A stretch of DNA of 64,000 nucleotides from Escherichia phage APCEc01: sequence record NC_029091.1. One strand, written 5' to 3'. The notes beneath the pieces are model-generated. The model was not told the DNA's origin. It was given only the letters and a program-made list of their open reading frames with translations, and did no database searches. How positions within the stretch are numbered: the first letter of the stretch is position 1; every line of letters begins with the position of its first letter. Of the stretch, positions 1 to 10,870 are shown one piece after another. The position numbers and the translations under genes were made by a program.

Positions 1-1130
1 ACTTTCTCTTGGTCTTCTTTCTTTAATTTGTTCCCAGTAGTTTCTTGGAATCCTTCTAAAGCACGTCCTTCTATTTCGTCCGCGGTATCACCAAAACCTA
101 TAGCACGCAATATAGACGCGGAGAGTTTAGCCATTCCTAATTGAATTAGTTCACCTAAGTTCATTAATGCTGTTCCTACACCTTTGACAATAGCAACGGT
201 TAAACCACCCCAGTCTCCAGCTTCCCACAATTGTTTTATAGAGTCAATAGAAGTGAATATATCACTTAAGAATTTACCCCACTCTTTAGCTTCATCGGAG
301 AATTTAGTAAAGTTTTCATCAAATAAATCCCAGGCAGAAGTGAACTTGTCTGTCCAATATTTGAAATGGACTATCAATAAATCAATACCGATAACAATAC
401 CAAGAATAAGTGCGGCCATTTTTGCTGCTTCAATAGCAGCCGTTATAGTGTATTTGAAAAGCATTCCAGCAATTCTGTCTGAAATTGATATTGATTTATT
501 AAACCCGGTTTGAACTGTTTTGGTGAGCATTGCAATTTTATCGCTCAATTTAAAGCTAATTCCGCCTTTAGAATCGGAAGTAGAATTAGCACTTTCTTGA
601 ACCGGTGCTGGGAAGAAATCTTCGTCTGGCTTATTATCAATCTTTTCAGGTGTAGGGAATGCTTTAAACAACTCATCAGAAGTTTCATTCTCAACCACTT
701 TAACAGGTATTGCGTTCTCAATTACTTCAAGAGAGGTGCCTCCTGTATTTTGAATAGCGGTAGATGTTTGTAATTTTTGCTCTAATAATGTAGCTAATCG
801 GTCTAACTTAGAGCTTATTGCACTAGAAACTTCGTTTATACCTTTAGTGACTTCAGTTTGTTTTTCAATAACTTCTGCGATAAGCTCTGTGCCTTCAGCA
901 GTATTATCTGTCGAATTCTTTAAGTCTCCAATTGATTCAATAATTCCATTGCCTTTATCTTCTACACTTTGTGATGTGAGTTCAGACGCGGCTTGGACAT
1001 CGTCTAGTTTTGATGAAATGTTATTCAATGCTTCTAATGAATCGGTAGCTGCATCAGCAGCTACTTTTTGTGGTTTATTATCGGCAATGACCTTATTTCT
1101 ACGCATGGATTTCATTTCTTCAGGTTTCAT
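1..1130 (-). CDS. 29: gp29 baseplate hub / tail-length determinator, partial (N-terminal ~376 aa; C-terminus lies beyond window start)
   Basis: Minus-strand frame opens with ATG at 1130 overlapping gp28 stop (ATGA); translation [21 protein letters not shown]... matches T4 gp29 as recalled; synteny 51-27-28-29. Plus-strand ORFs 184-1346 are shadows. Confidence 0.7.
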   Translation of the reverse strand, partial: MKPEEMKSMRRNKVIADNKPQKVAADAATDSLEALNNISSKLDDVQAASELTSQSVEDKGNGIIESIGDLKNSTDNTAEGTELIAEVIEKQTEVTKGINEVSSAISSKLDRLATLLEQKLQTSTAIQNTGGTSLEVIENAIPVKVVENETSDELFKAFPTPEKIDNKPDEDFFPAPVQESANSTSDSKGGISFKLSDKIAMLTKTVQTGFNKSISISDRIAGMLFKYTITAAIEAAKMAALILGIVIGIDLLIVHFKYWTDKFTSAWDLFDENFTKFSDEAKEWGKFLSDIFTSIDSIKQLWEAGDWGGLTVAIVKGVGTALMNLGELIQLGMAKLSASILRAIGFGDTADEIEGRALEGFQETTGNKLKKEDQEK

Positions 1131-1660
1131 TCAAGCAATCCAATAATTTCTGCTATACCCTTAATAGGACCATTAGGGCCTGGAATAGCAATAGTTGTCG
1201 AAAGGTCTTCTGCCCATTTGATTACAAAAGCAGGCATCTCAAGGAAAGAAATTTCTTTCTCTTCGTCATTAACTTTTATTAAGCAATTTGATAGCATTTC
1301 ACTGATTGTAGCGAATTGTTCAAATTTGCCTGGGGGTCTAAAATAAAAAGTATTACCTTGAAATTGGAATTCTGTTCGTTGGCATACATAGACGTCATCT
1401 AGTTTATAAGTGAATCCATCTTTTTCAACTTCAGACTTAAGTTTGTTATTAAATTCCAATATGTGTAGACATGCAAAATCAAAATCTGCGGGACTCATAT
1501 TTTTACAAATAGAATCAGCTAAGATTTTCATGTTTTCATCAGGGCCTTTAACGTCCTTTAAAAGATTATAATGTTTGAGCCCTAATTTGGGAATCATTAC
1601 CTTTTTATTAGACTGTGGTAGAATTATTTTCTTTAGAGGTAGAATCAGATTTAAGTTCAT
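1127..1660 (-). CDS. 28: gp28 baseplate hub distal subunit
   Basis: 177 aa, size and position identical to T4 gp28 between 27 and 29. Confidence 0.8.
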   Translation of the reverse strand: MNLNLILPLKKIILPQSNKKVMIPKLGLKHYNLLKDVKGPDENMKILADSICKNMSPADFDFACLHILEFNNKLKSEVEKDGFTYKLDDVYVCQRTEFQFQGNTFYFRPPGKFEQFATISEMLSNCLIKVNDEEKEISFLEMPAFVIKWAEDLSTTIAIPGPNGPIKGIAEIIGLLE

Positions 1661-2780
1661 TTTTAACCTTAACTGGGTTAACAGGTTCTAACACCATTGA
1701 GTTGGTAAACATGTACAGATGAGTTTGTGAGTTGTTATTTGATAACTCATGAATAACTTCATCTACGTAAAATTCGGATTTGAATTGGTTCTTTTGGTCA
1801 ACAAATATAATTTTAGTAGCAGGCGTTATGTTAAAATTGCCTGTAGTAGTGCATTTAGCATATCCGTCATATTGAGCCATTGTCTGAAGACGACTTGCTT
1901 CTTCAAATCCATTACGATAGGTCATTTCGGAATATCCACCGGATCTTGACACAAGAATAGCATTATCACCATCGCCTGTAACAATAACCGGAATAGATGT
2001 ATCTAAAAATGAATGAGCGAATATCGTGGCGTTTTTAATAGGGTCTCTTGTAAATTGGTTAGCTTTAGTCATCCAGGTGAAATCCCATACTAATGGATAC
2101 TCAAGCTCTTGAATATACTGACCTACAGTATTTGGCTCACCTACAATCATCTTAATGCCTTCCTGACCAATAAGAGTATCGTAGTCAATCATGTTTACGC
2201 CTAAAATATCTTGCCATACGAATACGAACTTATCACTCGCTGTAGCAAGTCCTAATTCTCTGACATATGCCAAATAATCATCAAATGTGCTTGTCCAAGG
2301 GATATCAGGAACATAAGCATTAATAGTGTTTATTGGCGGAGTAATTAACGCACGGTCTTTGTATATGACACCTAACATTTCACGTATAGATTCGCCTGCG
2401 TCCCGGAAGAATGGACGCCCAAATTTAAGGTTCTCTATAGAATGTATTGTTCCAAGCTCAATTGCAATAATATTGTCACCTTTTGAGTCCACAGACACAG
2501 AATAATGTCTACATCCATAAATTCGAGTTCTAACTTGGAGAGGTGTGTTTGAATTTGAAACAGAGATTTGAACTATCTGTCTACCGTCCATTTTAGTGTG
2601 GATGTTTTTAGTGTCATAAAATTGAAGAATCCCTTCATTTCTTCCATATAGCGAATCTCGCATGGTTAAAGTTGTTATTGTTGCCGCGAGTTCAACGTAT
2701 CTATTTTCTTGCCAAGCCGAATAATCTTGGTATAATTTAACGCTTAAGTTAGGATATCCTGGACGTTGGAATACTTTCAT
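1608..2780 (-). CDS. 27: gp27 baseplate hub subunit
   Basis: 390 aa; [16 protein letters not shown]...[21 protein letters not shown] closely matches T4 gp27 as recalled. Confidence 0.9.
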   Translation of the reverse strand: MKVFQRPGYPNLSVKLYQDYSAWQENRYVELAATITTLTMRDSLYGRNEGILQFYDTKNIHTKMDGRQIVQISVSNSNTPLQVRTRIYGCRHYSVSVDSKGDNIIAIELGTIHSIENLKFGRPFFRDAGESIREMLGVIYKDRALITPPINTINAYVPDIPWTSTFDDYLAYVRELGLATASDKFVFVWQDILGVNMIDYDTLIGQEGIKMIVGEPNTVGQYIQELEYPLVWDFTWMTKANQFTRDPIKNATIFAHSFLDTSIPVIVTGDGDNAILVSRSGGYSEMTYRNGFEEASRLQTMAQYDGYAKCTTTGNFNITPATKIIFVDQKNQFKSEFYVDEVIHELSNNNSQTHLYMFTNSMVLEPVNPVKVKNELKSDSTSKENNSTTV

Positions 2781-3529
2781 TTTTTATGGTCCTTTTCTAC
2801 TAATGTTAAAGCAATACCACGTTCAACAGGAATCATTTGCATAATAGAATCCAATGTGTATTGACTCTTTACTAGTGAATGGTTTATCTGATAGAATGTA
2901 AAAATCTCATCAGGGTTAACTAACAATTTAAAAACCTCTAAGATATCAGTATATGTTTTAACATGTCGTTCACAACAACCTAATCTAAGGGTCAAATTAA
3001 TAGGGTTCATAGAAGCAATAACCTTCTCGAGCGAGTCAATGTCTATTGCTTCTATTACTTGGATTTGGTTCTCTTCAGTCAAATCATTCCATGGGTACCA
3101 TTCGTCATTATAATATATTTCTTTTATGTTTTCACTTATCATTAATGCCTTGTTGTCATAAAACTTTTCAGGGAAAGAAAAACGTATTTTTATACCAGCA
3201 ACATCAAGTTCAGGTTCGACTAGTTCTTTTTGATATATCTCAAATGGTGCAGTTTTTTCTTTAGAGCATTTAGGGCAAGTGAAAATAACGGGAACTTTTG
3301 TTTTGCCTATAGAGCCTGCAAAAACTTGCAGGAATATAAATGGTTGCCATGTTTTAGGATACTCGCCAAAATAATCATCAATCAGATCGGCAATTATTTC
3401 TTTTTGTTCTTGTGGCGAACGATGTTCGATATCATTTCTAACTAGTAAAAAGTCTCTATAATCCGCTACGGTGAACGGCTTGAAACGATGAACACCATCC
3501 GGTAATTTACAACGAATTATATTAGCCAT
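2777..3529 (-). CDS. 51: gp51 baseplate hub assembly catalyst
   Basis: 250 aa, position upstream of 27, size as T4 gp51. Confidence 0.8.
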   Translation of the reverse strand: MANIIRCKLPDGVHRFKPFTVADYRDFLLVRNDIEHRSPQEQKEIIADLIDDYFGEYPKTWQPFIFLQVFAGSIGKTKVPVIFTCPKCSKEKTAPFEIYQKELVEPELDVAGIKIRFSFPEKFYDNKALMISENIKEIYYNDEWYPWNDLTEENQIQVIEAIDIDSLEKVIASMNPINLTLRLGCCERHVKTYTDILEVFKLLVNPDEIFTFYQINHSLVKSQYTLDSIMQMIPVERGIALTLVEKDHKK

Positions 3530-3546
3530 AATTACTCCTTTTCTAT

Positions 3547-3558
3547 TATTTATAAATA
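3547..3558. promoter_or_regulatory. palindromic late promoter element TATTTATAAATA serving divergent genes 51 and 26
   Basis: T4 late promoter consensus TATAAATA readable on both strands between divergent late genes. Confidence 0.5.
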
Positions 3559-3576
3559 CACAATAAAGGAGTTAAC

Positions 3577-4203
3577 ATGTACAAATATACGTTTACAGTA
3601 CGTTTAGGCGATAAAGAAGTGAATTGTAGAGCCTTTACTTTAAAAGAATATTTAGGACTCATAGGTGCGCGGGCTACCGGTACTATTGAATCCGCAGTGA
3701 ACAATATTATCACTAATTGCTCTAATGCTAAAAACTTGACTAAACAAGAAGCCGAGTTATTGTTGGTAAATCTGTGGGCCCATTCATTAGGTGAAGTGAA
3801 TCAAGAACACACCTGGAATTGTTCCTGTGGGCATTCATTTCAAGTCTATATGAATTTATTGCACACTCAATTAGATGAACAGGCCGATCCCTGGTATTCG
3901 TTCAGCGGTATTAAAATTAAGTTCCGTCAACCTAAATTATTTGACGATAAAAATATCGCATTAATGATTGCTTCATGTATTGAGGCCGTTTTTGTCAATG
4001 GAGAGTCCATCCCTGTTGAAGATTTAACTGAAGCAGAAATAAACGACCTTTATGGCCTTATAACGGAAGATGACATGATCAATATTAAAAATCTTTTAGT
4101 ATCACCATCAATTTATCTAGCAACCCCTATTAAATGTCCCAAATGTGGGGCGTCACACGTTCACACAATACGAGGCCTCAAAGAATTCTTTGAGTTACTA
4201 TAA
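3577..4203 (+). CDS. 26: gp26 baseplate hub subunit
   Basis: 208 aa, size and synteny as T4 gp26. Confidence 0.8.
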   Translation: MYKYTFTVRLGDKEVNCRAFTLKEYLGLIGARATGTIESAVNNIITNCSNAKNLTKQEAELLLVNLWAHSLGEVNQEHTWNCSCGHSFQVYMNLLHTQLDEQADPWYSFSGIKIKFRQPKLFDDKNIALMIASCIEAVFVNGESIPVEDLTEAEINDLYGLITEDDMINIKNLLVSPSIYLATPIKCPKCGASHVHTIRGLKEFFELL

Positions 4204-4601
4204 TGTCTAATATCAATAAACTTTATTCAGATATCGACCCAGAAATGCGTATGGATTGGAACAAGGACGTTGCTCGTTCTGTAGGACTTCGTTCTATTAA
4301 AAATAGTCTTCTTGGCATAGTGACAACTAGAAAAGGCTCACGCCCCTTCGACCCTGAATTTGGATGTGATTTGGTCGATGAACTTTTCGAGAACATGACA
4401 CCACTTACAGCCGATACGATTGAGCGTAATATCCAGGCAGCTGTTCGTAACTATGAGCCACGCATCGACAAACTTTCTGTAAGTGTAACGCCAGTATATG
4501 ATGACTATATGGTTATAGTAGAGATTAGATTTTCGGTCGTAGACAACCCTGACGATATTGAACAAATTAAACTTCAGTTAGCGTCAAGCAATAGAGTGTA
4601 A
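4203..4601 (+). CDS. 25: gp25 baseplate wedge subunit
   Basis: 132 aa, size and synteny as T4 gp25; ATGA-type overlap with gene 26. Confidence 0.8.
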   Translation: MSNINKLYSDIDPEMRMDWNKDVARSVGLRSIKNSLLGIVTTRKGSRPFDPEFGCDLVDELFENMTPLTADTIERNIQAAVRNYEPRIDKLSVSVTPVYDDYMVIVEIRFSVVDNPDDIEQIKLQLASSNRV

Positions 4602-4626
4602 TGCTTCAAGGCAACCTATGTATAAT
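4599..4626 (+). promoter_or_regulatory. T4 middle promoter (MotA box aTGCTTCA, 12 nt spacer, TATAAT) upstream of uvsY
   Basis: MotA box consensus TGCTTtA about 12 nt upstream of sigma70 -10 TATAAT. Confidence 0.5.
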
Positions 4627-4680
4627 GGTTTTAGGTCCTTCCGATACAGCCGGGAGATTATTAGTTAAAGAGAGAATATT

Positions 4681-5094
4681 ATGAAGCTGGAAGATTTACA
4701 GGAAGAGTTAGACGCAGACTTAGCTATTGATATGACAAAGTTGCAATATGAGACGGCGAATAATGTTAAGTTATACAGCAAATGGCTACGTAAGCACTCA
4801 TTTATTCGTAAAGAAATGTTGCGTATAGAGACTCAGAAGAAAACTGCTCTAAAAGCAAGATTAGACTACTACTCGGGACGAGGTGACGGTGATGAATTCA
4901 GTATGGACCGATACGAGAAATCTGAAATGAAAACTGTCCTGGCCGCAGATAAAGATGTGCTTAAAATAGAGACTACTTTACAATACTGGGGAATTTTACT
5001 TGAGTTCTGTAGTGGTGCACTTGACGCAGTTAAGTCTCGTAGTTTTGCACTTAAACATATCCAGGATATGCGAGAATTTGAAGCGGGGCAATAA
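4681..5094 (+). CDS. uvsY: UvsY recombination mediator
   Basis: 137 aa, size and position as T4 UvsY between gene 25 and uvsW. Confidence 0.85.
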   Translation: MKLEDLQEELDADLAIDMTKLQYETANNVKLYSKWLRKHSFIRKEMLRIETQKKTALKARLDYYSGRGDGDEFSMDRYEKSEMKTVLAADKDVLKIETTLQYWGILLEFCSGALDAVKSRSFALKHIQDMREFEAGQ

Positions 5095-5318
5095 TGCGTT
5101 ATTCAATTGAAGATGCCTTTAATAATGACGAAGAATTTGAAACTGAAATTAAATTCTTAATGGAAAAGTATCGTCTACGTCGTCAGGATATTCGTATCCT
5201 GGCAGACCACCCGTGTGGTGAAGACGTCCTTTATATTAAAGGAAAATTTGCCGGATATCTTGATGAATATTTTTATTCTAAAGATATGGGCATTGATATG
5301 CATATGAGAGTTGTATAA
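5094..5318 (+). CDS. hypothetical protein (uvsY.-1 position)
   Basis: 74 aa ORF with ATGA overlap to uvsY. Confidence 0.6.
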   Translation: MRYSIEDAFNNDEEFETEIKFLMEKYRLRRQDIRILADHPCGEDVLYIKGKFAGYLDEYFYSKDMGIDMHMRVV

Positions 5319-5321
5319 ATA
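5314..5321 (+). promoter_or_regulatory. late promoter TATAAATA
   Basis: exact TATAAATA about 30 nt upstream of ATG at 5351. Confidence 0.45.
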
Positions 5322-5350
5322 GATATGTAATTTCAACTTAGGAGGCAATC

Positions 5351-5518
5351 ATGTCAGATAAGATTTGTGTTGTCTGTAAAACTCCAATCGATTCTGCATT
5401 GGTTGTTGAAACAGACAAAGGACCAGCACATCCTGGTCCTTGTTATAATTATGTCCAACAATTGCCGGTTTCAGAAAGTTCAGAAGAGCAATTGAACGAA
5501 ACCCAACTTTTACTATAG
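5351..5518 (+). CDS. small Cys-containing protein (55 aa; uvsY.-2 position), not in ORF track because under 60 aa
   Basis: SD GGAGG 6 nt upstream of ATG; CVVC...C motif suggests zinc ribbon. Confidence 0.5.
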   Translation: MSDKICVVCKTPIDSALVVETDKGPAHPGPCYNYVQQLPVSESSEEQLNETQLLL

Positions 5519-5545
5519 TGTTACCTTTTTTGCCTATGGTTTTTG

Positions 5546-5572
5546 GCCCTTCCAAAAAGGTTGGGCCTTTTT
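5546..5572. terminator. bidirectional rho-independent terminator between convergent genes
   Basis: GGCCC...GGGCC hairpin flanked by T-runs on both sides. Confidence 0.6.
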
Positions 5573-5577
5573 TTTAA

Positions 5578-5808
5578 TTAGAAGTCTTCTTCCACATCCT
5601 CATCATCGCCTTCAAGTTCGGCACGCTTACCTGCTAAGGCATCCCTGACAGAAATATCATCTGTATCTTTTAATTCCGTTTCTTTTATACGTTTCTTATA
5701 ATAAGCTTCCAATTCTTCAAGCCCTTCTAGGGTATGACAACTAGCAATTTTACCCATGAATTCGTCAATAGATGCTTCGTATAAAAATTGTTTAAATTCA
5801 AGTACCAT
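5578..5808 (-). CDS. uvsW.1: UvsW.1 small acidic protein
   Basis: 76 aa immediately downstream of uvsW as in T4. Confidence 0.7.
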   Translation of the reverse strand: MVLEFKQFLYEASIDEFMGKIASCHTLEGLEELEAYYKKRIKETELKDTDDISVRDALAGKRAELEGDDEDVEEDF

Positions 5809-5833
5809 TTTTATCTCCTAAGGGCCGAAGCCC

Positions 5834-7348
5834 TTATAAATTAATTGTTTTCATTACATAGTTAAATTTCTCATCAGCGTAACGTTGGATACGATCAATA
5901 CCGTGTTTTAACAAGTAATTAAGATGAGTATACTTCTTTTTAGTATTTAATGATTTAGGTTTTACACCTGCATCGTCGATGAGATCCCAAACTGTAGCAA
6001 CAGATTTAGAACCATGCTTGCGAAGCACGCGACCTACGGTTTGAAGTACGATAATTTTTGATTTAACACCATGGGCAAAAATAACATGATGAAGATTCTT
6101 GACTGAAATACCAGTAGAGAATACTCCATATGATGCGACAATAATAATGCCTTTACCATTTTCTGCCATGACTTTAAGCGCGTTACGTGTTTCAGTATCA
6201 ACTTCACCTGATACGTAATAAACTTTTTCGTATCCAAGCTCTTTAATAGCTTCAAATATTTCTTTACCGTGTGTAACGTGTTTAAACATTACAAAGGCGT
6301 TCTCGTCTTTCTTAGCCAATTTGACTGAAAGTTGAGCAATCCACTTTGTACGTCGTTTTAGTCCGGTAATAATTTTAACTTCTTCTTGGTATGTTTTACC
6401 TTTTAATTTGGTGGCGAATTCGTCCGGATAACGAAGGAAAATACTATTAATCTTAAGCTCAGTTACCTGTCCATCTTCCATTAATTTAGACGTGCTAACA
6501 GGACGGAAGATTTCGCCGAACATACCTACGTACTGCATTACATTGGCTTTTCCGTCTCTTAATGAGCCAGATAAACCGAATTTAAACATACAATTATTTA
6601 ATCCTGCGATGATTGAAGAAATACTTTTGCCTGTTGCTAAGTGGCATTCATCGTTCATCATCATACCGAACTGAGAGAACCATTCTTTAGGCTGCTTAAC
6701 TACCGTTTGCCATGTGCCAACAATAATTGGAGCGTCGTTTTTAGATTTGTCTGCTTTATCAGCACCACCGCCAATTTTCTTAATCATCGAATGACTAAAC
6801 AAGCGATAATCAACAAAATCATTAGCCATCTGGGTTGTCAATGCTGTTGTAGGGACGATAATGAGAATTTTACCTTCATAGTTCTCTAGATAATATCGAG
6901 CTAAAAGTGCTTGGATTAGTGATTTACCTGCTGATGTCGGAAGGTTTAAAATTCGACGACGATTAACTAGTCCTTCATATACTGCATCTTTTTGATACCA
7001 ATGTGGTTCGATTTTGGCGTTGCCCGAATAAATTTCTTGTTTAGAAAGCCATGCGTCAAAATCTTCTCTGGTAAGGTCTTCGGTCTCAAAGATTTTAGGG
7101 TCAATCCATACAGAATAACTCATATTGCTACAGAACTTTTTTATTTGTCCTACAAGTCCATATGGTAACAAACGGTTGTAATCTAAAAGTCGAATTCTAC
7201 CATCCCATTGCCCATAGCGATATTTTGGGTTAAATTTATACCCGTCAGCTTCAAAGCTAAAAAAGTCACGAAGTTCGTAAAACGTACTTTCGTCGCATTC
7301 AATGCGCACGTGACTAAAATCATAAAAATGTACTTTAATGTCAGTCAT
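5834..7348 (-). CDS. uvsW: UvsW DNA helicase (SF2)
   Basis: 504 aa; MTDIKVHFYDFSHVRIECDESTFYELRDFFSFEADGYKF..., Walker A LPTSAGKS, DECH box; near identical to T4 UvsW as recalled. Confidence 0.92.
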   Translation of the reverse strand: MTDIKVHFYDFSHVRIECDESTFYELRDFFSFEADGYKFNPKYRYGQWDGRIRLLDYNRLLPYGLVGQIKKFCSNMSYSVWIDPKIFETEDLTREDFDAWLSKQEIYSGNAKIEPHWYQKDAVYEGLVNRRRILNLPTSAGKSLIQALLARYYLENYEGKILIIVPTTALTTQMANDFVDYRLFSHSMIKKIGGGADKADKSKNDAPIIVGTWQTVVKQPKEWFSQFGMMMNDECHLATGKSISSIIAGLNNCMFKFGLSGSLRDGKANVMQYVGMFGEIFRPVSTSKLMEDGQVTELKINSIFLRYPDEFATKLKGKTYQEEVKIITGLKRRTKWIAQLSVKLAKKDENAFVMFKHVTHGKEIFEAIKELGYEKVYYVSGEVDTETRNALKVMAENGKGIIIVASYGVFSTGISVKNLHHVIFAHGVKSKIIVLQTVGRVLRKHGSKSVATVWDLIDDAGVKPKSLNTKKKYTHLNYLLKHGIDRIQRYADEKFNYVMKTINL

Positions 7349-7375
7349 GTCAAATTACCATGTAATAAATATAGT

Positions 7376-7383
7376 TATATTTA
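7376..7383 (-). promoter_or_regulatory. late promoter (TATAAATA on minus strand) upstream of uvsW
   Basis: plus-strand TATTTATA; the same ATAGTTATATTTATA context recurs upstream of gene 20. Confidence 0.4.
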
Positions 7384-7398
7384 TAATGAGGAAATACC

Positions 7399-8067
7399 AT
7401 GATCGATAAAGACTATATTGAAGAGTTACGTGCTCTTTCCGATAAAAAGGAAGCCAAAGCTAAACTGTTTGAATATGCGAAACAATTTGGCATTAGTGTT
7501 AAGAAAACAAAATCATTCGATAATATTGTTATTGATATCGAAGAAGCTCTTAACGCACTGGCTGATGAACCATTACCTGAAACCGATGGATTATCTATCA
7601 CCGATTTAATTACTGCCGCAGATGATGTGGACGGTGTTAATTTCACCAACGAAGAAGTTAAAGAAGAAGCTATTCTGTTGTTTGATTCTCCAACAGAACA
7701 AGTTGAAGTATTAGAAGTTGTCGAACAAGAAAAAGAATTCGACCATGATAAATTCGAAGAAGCAATTACTCAGGTTGTTGAATCTGAAAAAGAGCCTGAG
7801 ACAGAGGTAAATAAAGAAGTAAAATTTGTTCTGCCTGAAAATTTTAGTCCTACACTCATTAAATTAGGCAAAGCCCCAGGATATGTTACTGTTCCTTGGT
7901 GGATTTATCAATGGATAGCCGAAACCCCAGATTGGAAATCTCGTCCAACCAGTTTTGTGCACGCTTCTGCTCACCAAACATTATTTAGCTTAATTTATTA
8001 TATTAATCGCGATGGATCAGTTCTAATTCGTGAAACTCGTAATTCTTCTTTCGTAACATTAAAATAA
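7399..8067 (+). CDS. inh: putative Inh (inhibitor of prohead protease), acidic protein
   Basis: 222 aa between uvsW and hoc, same position and similar size as T4 inh; identity by synteny only. Confidence 0.45.
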   Translation: MIDKDYIEELRALSDKKEAKAKLFEYAKQFGISVKKTKSFDNIVIDIEEALNALADEPLPETDGLSITDLITAADDVDGVNFTNEEVKEEAILLFDSPTEQVEVLEVVEQEKEFDHDKFEEAITQVVESEKEPETEVNKEVKFVLPENFSPTLIKLGKAPGYVTVPWWIYQWIAETPDWKSRPTSFVHASAHQTLFSLIYYINRDGSVLIRETRNSSFVTLK

Positions 8068-8076
8068 GGATAGCTT

Positions 8077-9207
8077 ATGGCTTTTACAGTTGATATAACT
8101 CCTAAAACACCTACTGGAGTTATAGATGAGACTAAGCAGTTTACTGCTGCACCCAGTGGTCAAACTGAAGGTGGAACTATTACCTATGCATGGAGTGTAG
8201 ACGATGCTCCCCAAGAAGGATCAGCAGAAACTTTTGATTATGTGTTAAAAGGACCTGCCGGAACAAAAACAATTAAAGTTGTTGCAACAAATACTATTCC
8301 TGATACTGACGCTGAAACAGCAGAAGCTACTACAACTATCACAGTTCAAAATAAGACACAGACGACTACCTTAGCCGTAACTCCTGCTAGTCCTTCAGCT
8401 GGAGTAATTGGAACCCCAGTTCAATTTACTGCTGCCTTAGCTTCTCAACCAGCTGGAGCGTCTGCTACGTATCAGTGGTATGTAGATGATTCACAGGTTG
8501 GTGGAGAAACTAACTCTACATTTAGCTATACTCCAACTACAAGTGGAGTAAAAAGAATTAAATGTGTAGCCCAAGTAACTGCGACAGATTATGATGCAAA
8601 GGAAGTTACTTCGAATGAAGTATCATTAACGGTTAATAAGAAGACAATGAATCCACAGGTTACATTGACTCCTCCTTCTATTAACGTTCAGCAAGATGCT
8701 TCGGCTACATTTACGGCTAATGTTACGGATGCTCCAGAAGAAGCGCAAATTGCGTATTCATGGAAGAAAGATTCTTCTCCTGTAGAAGGGTCAACTAATG
8801 TATATACCGTTGATACCTCGTCTATTGGAAGTCAAACTATTGAAGTTACTGCAACTATTACTGCAACTGATTACGATAGCAAAACTATTACAGCAGAAGG
8901 TCAAGTTCAGGTAACTGATAAAGTTGCTCCGGAACCAGAAGGTGAATTACCTTATGTTCATCCTCTTCCACATCGTACTTCAGCTTACATCTGGTGCGGT
9001 TGGTGGGTTATGGATGAAATACAAAAAATGACTGAAGAAGGTAAAGATTGGAAAACTGAAGATCCAGATAGTAAATACTACCTGCATCGTTACACTCTTC
9101 AGAAGATGATGAAAGACTATCCGGAAGTTGATGTTCAAGAATCACGTAATGGATACATCATCCATAAAACTGCTTTGGAAACTGGTATCATCTATACATA
9201 TCCATAA
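8077..9207 (+). CDS. hoc: Hoc highly immunogenic outer capsid protein with tandem Ig-like domains
   Basis: 376 aa (same as T4 Hoc); repeated T-rich Ig-like segments ...TYAWSVDD..., ...TYQWYVDD..., ...AYSWKKD... Confidence 0.8.
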   Translation: MAFTVDITPKTPTGVIDETKQFTAAPSGQTEGGTITYAWSVDDAPQEGSAETFDYVLKGPAGTKTIKVVATNTIPDTDAETAEATTTITVQNKTQTTTLAVTPASPSAGVIGTPVQFTAALASQPAGASATYQWYVDDSQVGGETNSTFSYTPTTSGVKRIKCVAQVTATDYDAKEVTSNEVSLTVNKKTMNPQVTLTPPSINVQQDASATFTANVTDAPEEAQIAYSWKKDSSPVEGSTNVYTVDTSSIGSQTIEVTATITATDYDSKTITAEGQVQVTDKVAPEPEGELPYVHPLPHRTSAYIWCGWWVMDEIQKMTEEGKDWKTEDPDSKYYLHRYTLQKMMKDYPEVDVQESRNGYIIHKTALETGIIYTYP

Positions 9208-9211
9208 TCGT

Positions 9212-9240
9212 AAGGGGCTTCAGCCCCTTTCTTCGTTTTT
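9212..9240 (+). terminator. rho-independent terminator after hoc
   Basis: AGGGGC-ttca-GCCCCT hairpin followed by T-run. Confidence 0.6.
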
Positions 9241-9308
9241 AAAGCATACAAAACACAACTTGAGATTGATGTATATAATGGCACAAACCAAATAGTACGG
9301 GATTGATT

Positions 9309-9494
9309 ATGAGAGCTGAAGTTGAAGTTTATACATTACATGAGGCGGGATTTTCATTCGTAGAAATTGCTCAAAAAATTGGTTTACAACCTAAAGAAGT
9401 TGGATTACTATGGACTAAAGCCGAGATAGCTCGGTCAAAGTTTAAAGCAAAAGAAAAAGTTGTATACCGTAAACGTTTGATTAACAAAAGGTGA
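9309..9494 (+). CDS. hypothetical small protein (24.3 position)
   Basis: ORF between hoc and rnlB; first ATG at 9309 (track start is TTG). Confidence 0.45.
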   Translation: MRAEVEVYTLHEAGFSFVEIAQKIGLQPKEVGLLWTKAEIARSKFKAKEKVVYRKRLINKR

Positions 9495-9498
9495 AGAA

Positions 9499-9750
9499 AT
9501 GAGTTTTGCACAGGAATTAAGAGAAAGGGCGCTGGCCACTAAAGCTAATTTGTTGAGTGATTTTATTACTAACTTCTCTGTGATGGCAGAGAAAGCCGCT
9601 GATAAAGGCCAGACACAATTCACGTACTACCCGTCAAAGAACGATTTAACTATAACTGAACAAGTCGGTCAATGGCTTCGTGATAACGGCTTTCAGTACA
9701 AAATTAATCACGACCAGCGTGATGGTCATTGGATAGAAATCAAGTTCTAA
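9499..9750 (+). CDS. hypothetical protein (24.2 position)
   Basis: 83 aa ORF, SD GGTGAAG upstream. Confidence 0.5.
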   Translation: MSFAQELRERALATKANLLSDFITNFSVMAEKAADKGQTQFTYYPSKNDLTITEQVGQWLRDNGFQYKINHDQRDGHWIEIKF

Positions 9751-9778
9751 TATGCTTTACAATTTTTGATGGTATAAT
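9751..9778 (+). promoter_or_regulatory. middle promoter (MotA box TGCTTTA, 13 nt, TATAAT) upstream of rnlB
   Basis: sequence atatGCTTTAcaatttttgatggTATAAT. Confidence 0.5.
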
Positions 9779-9869
9779 GAATCTAGGTTCTATCCATTCA
9801 AATTAAACATCCGGTCAGAGATAGAGTCTCTGCTAATTATTTTGATATTATTATTTATAATGGTGATTT

Positions 9870-10868
9870 ATGTTTAAGAAATACAGCAGTCTTGAAAACC
9901 ACTACAACTCTAAGTTTATTGAAAAACTCTACACTAATGGTTTGACTACTGGTGTTTGGGTAGCACGTGAGAAAATCCATGGGACTAACTTCTCGTTAAT
10001 AATTGAACGTGACAACGTCACATGCGCCAAGCGCACAGGCCCTATTCTTCCGGCAGAAGATTTTTATGGTTATGAAATCGTACTCAAGAAGTATGATAAG
10101 GCTATTAAAAACGTTCAAGAAGTAATGGGTAGTTCTCGAGCCGTATCATATCAAGTATTCGGTGAATTCGCTGGTGGTGGAATCCAGAAAGGTGTTGACT
10201 ACGGTGAAAAAGATTTTTATGTGTTCGATATCCTTATCAATACAGAAAGTGGTGATAATACGTATTTGACCGATTACGAAATGCAAGATTTCTGTAATGA
10301 ATTCGGTTTTAAAATGGCACCAATGCTTGGACGTGGCACATTTGATGCTCTTATCATGATTCCAAACGATCTTGATTCTGTCTTAGCCGCTTATAACGCC
10401 ACGGCATCGGAAGACCTTGTCGAAGCAAATAATTGCGTATTTGATGCTAATGTTATTGGCGATAATACGGCAGAAGGTTATGTTCTGAAGCCTTGTTTCC
10501 CTAAATGGCTGCCAAACGGTACTCGTGTAGCTATTAAGTGCAAGAACTCTAAATTCAGTGAAAAGAAAAAGTCTGATAAGCCTATTAAAACTCAGGTTCC
10601 ATTAACCGAAACTGACAAAAACTTGCTTGATGTTCTAGCTTGTTATGTTACATTAAATCGTATTAATAATGTGATTTCTAAGATTGGTGCTGTAACGCCA
10701 AAAGATTTTGGCAAAGTGATGGGATTGACTGTTCAAGATATTCTGGAAGAAACTTCTCGCGAAGGTATTGTATTAACATCATCTGATAATCCGAATCTTG
10801 TTAAGAAAGAATTAGTCCGAATGGTGCAAGATGTTCTGCGTCCTGCATGGATTGAATTAGTATCATAA
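9870..10868 (+). CDS. rnlB: RNA ligase 2 (Rnl2)
   Basis: 332 aa; nucleotidyltransferase motif I KIHGTN at residues 35-40; size and position as T4 rnlB. Confidence 0.85.
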   Translation: MFKKYSSLENHYNSKFIEKLYTNGLTTGVWVAREKIHGTNFSLIIERDNVTCAKRTGPILPAEDFYGYEIVLKKYDKAIKNVQEVMGSSRAVSYQVFGEFAGGGIQKGVDYGEKDFYVFDILINTESGDNTYLTDYEMQDFCNEFGFKMAPMLGRGTFDALIMIPNDLDSVLAAYNATASEDLVEANNCVFDANVIGDNTAEGYVLKPCFPKWLPNGTRVAIKCKNSKFSEKKKSDKPIKTQVPLTETDKNLLDVLACYVTLNRINNVISKIGAVTPKDFGKVMGLTVQDILEETSREGIVLTSSDNPNLVKKELVRMVQDVLRPAWIELVS

Positions 10869-10870
10869 CG

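Noticed and set aside
184-1346. Plus-strand ORFs (109, 87, 99, 92 aa) at the start of the window
   Set aside because: They lie antisense to the gp29 reading frame, which is continuous on the minus strand and matches T4 gp29; they have low-complexity translations and no promoter or SD.
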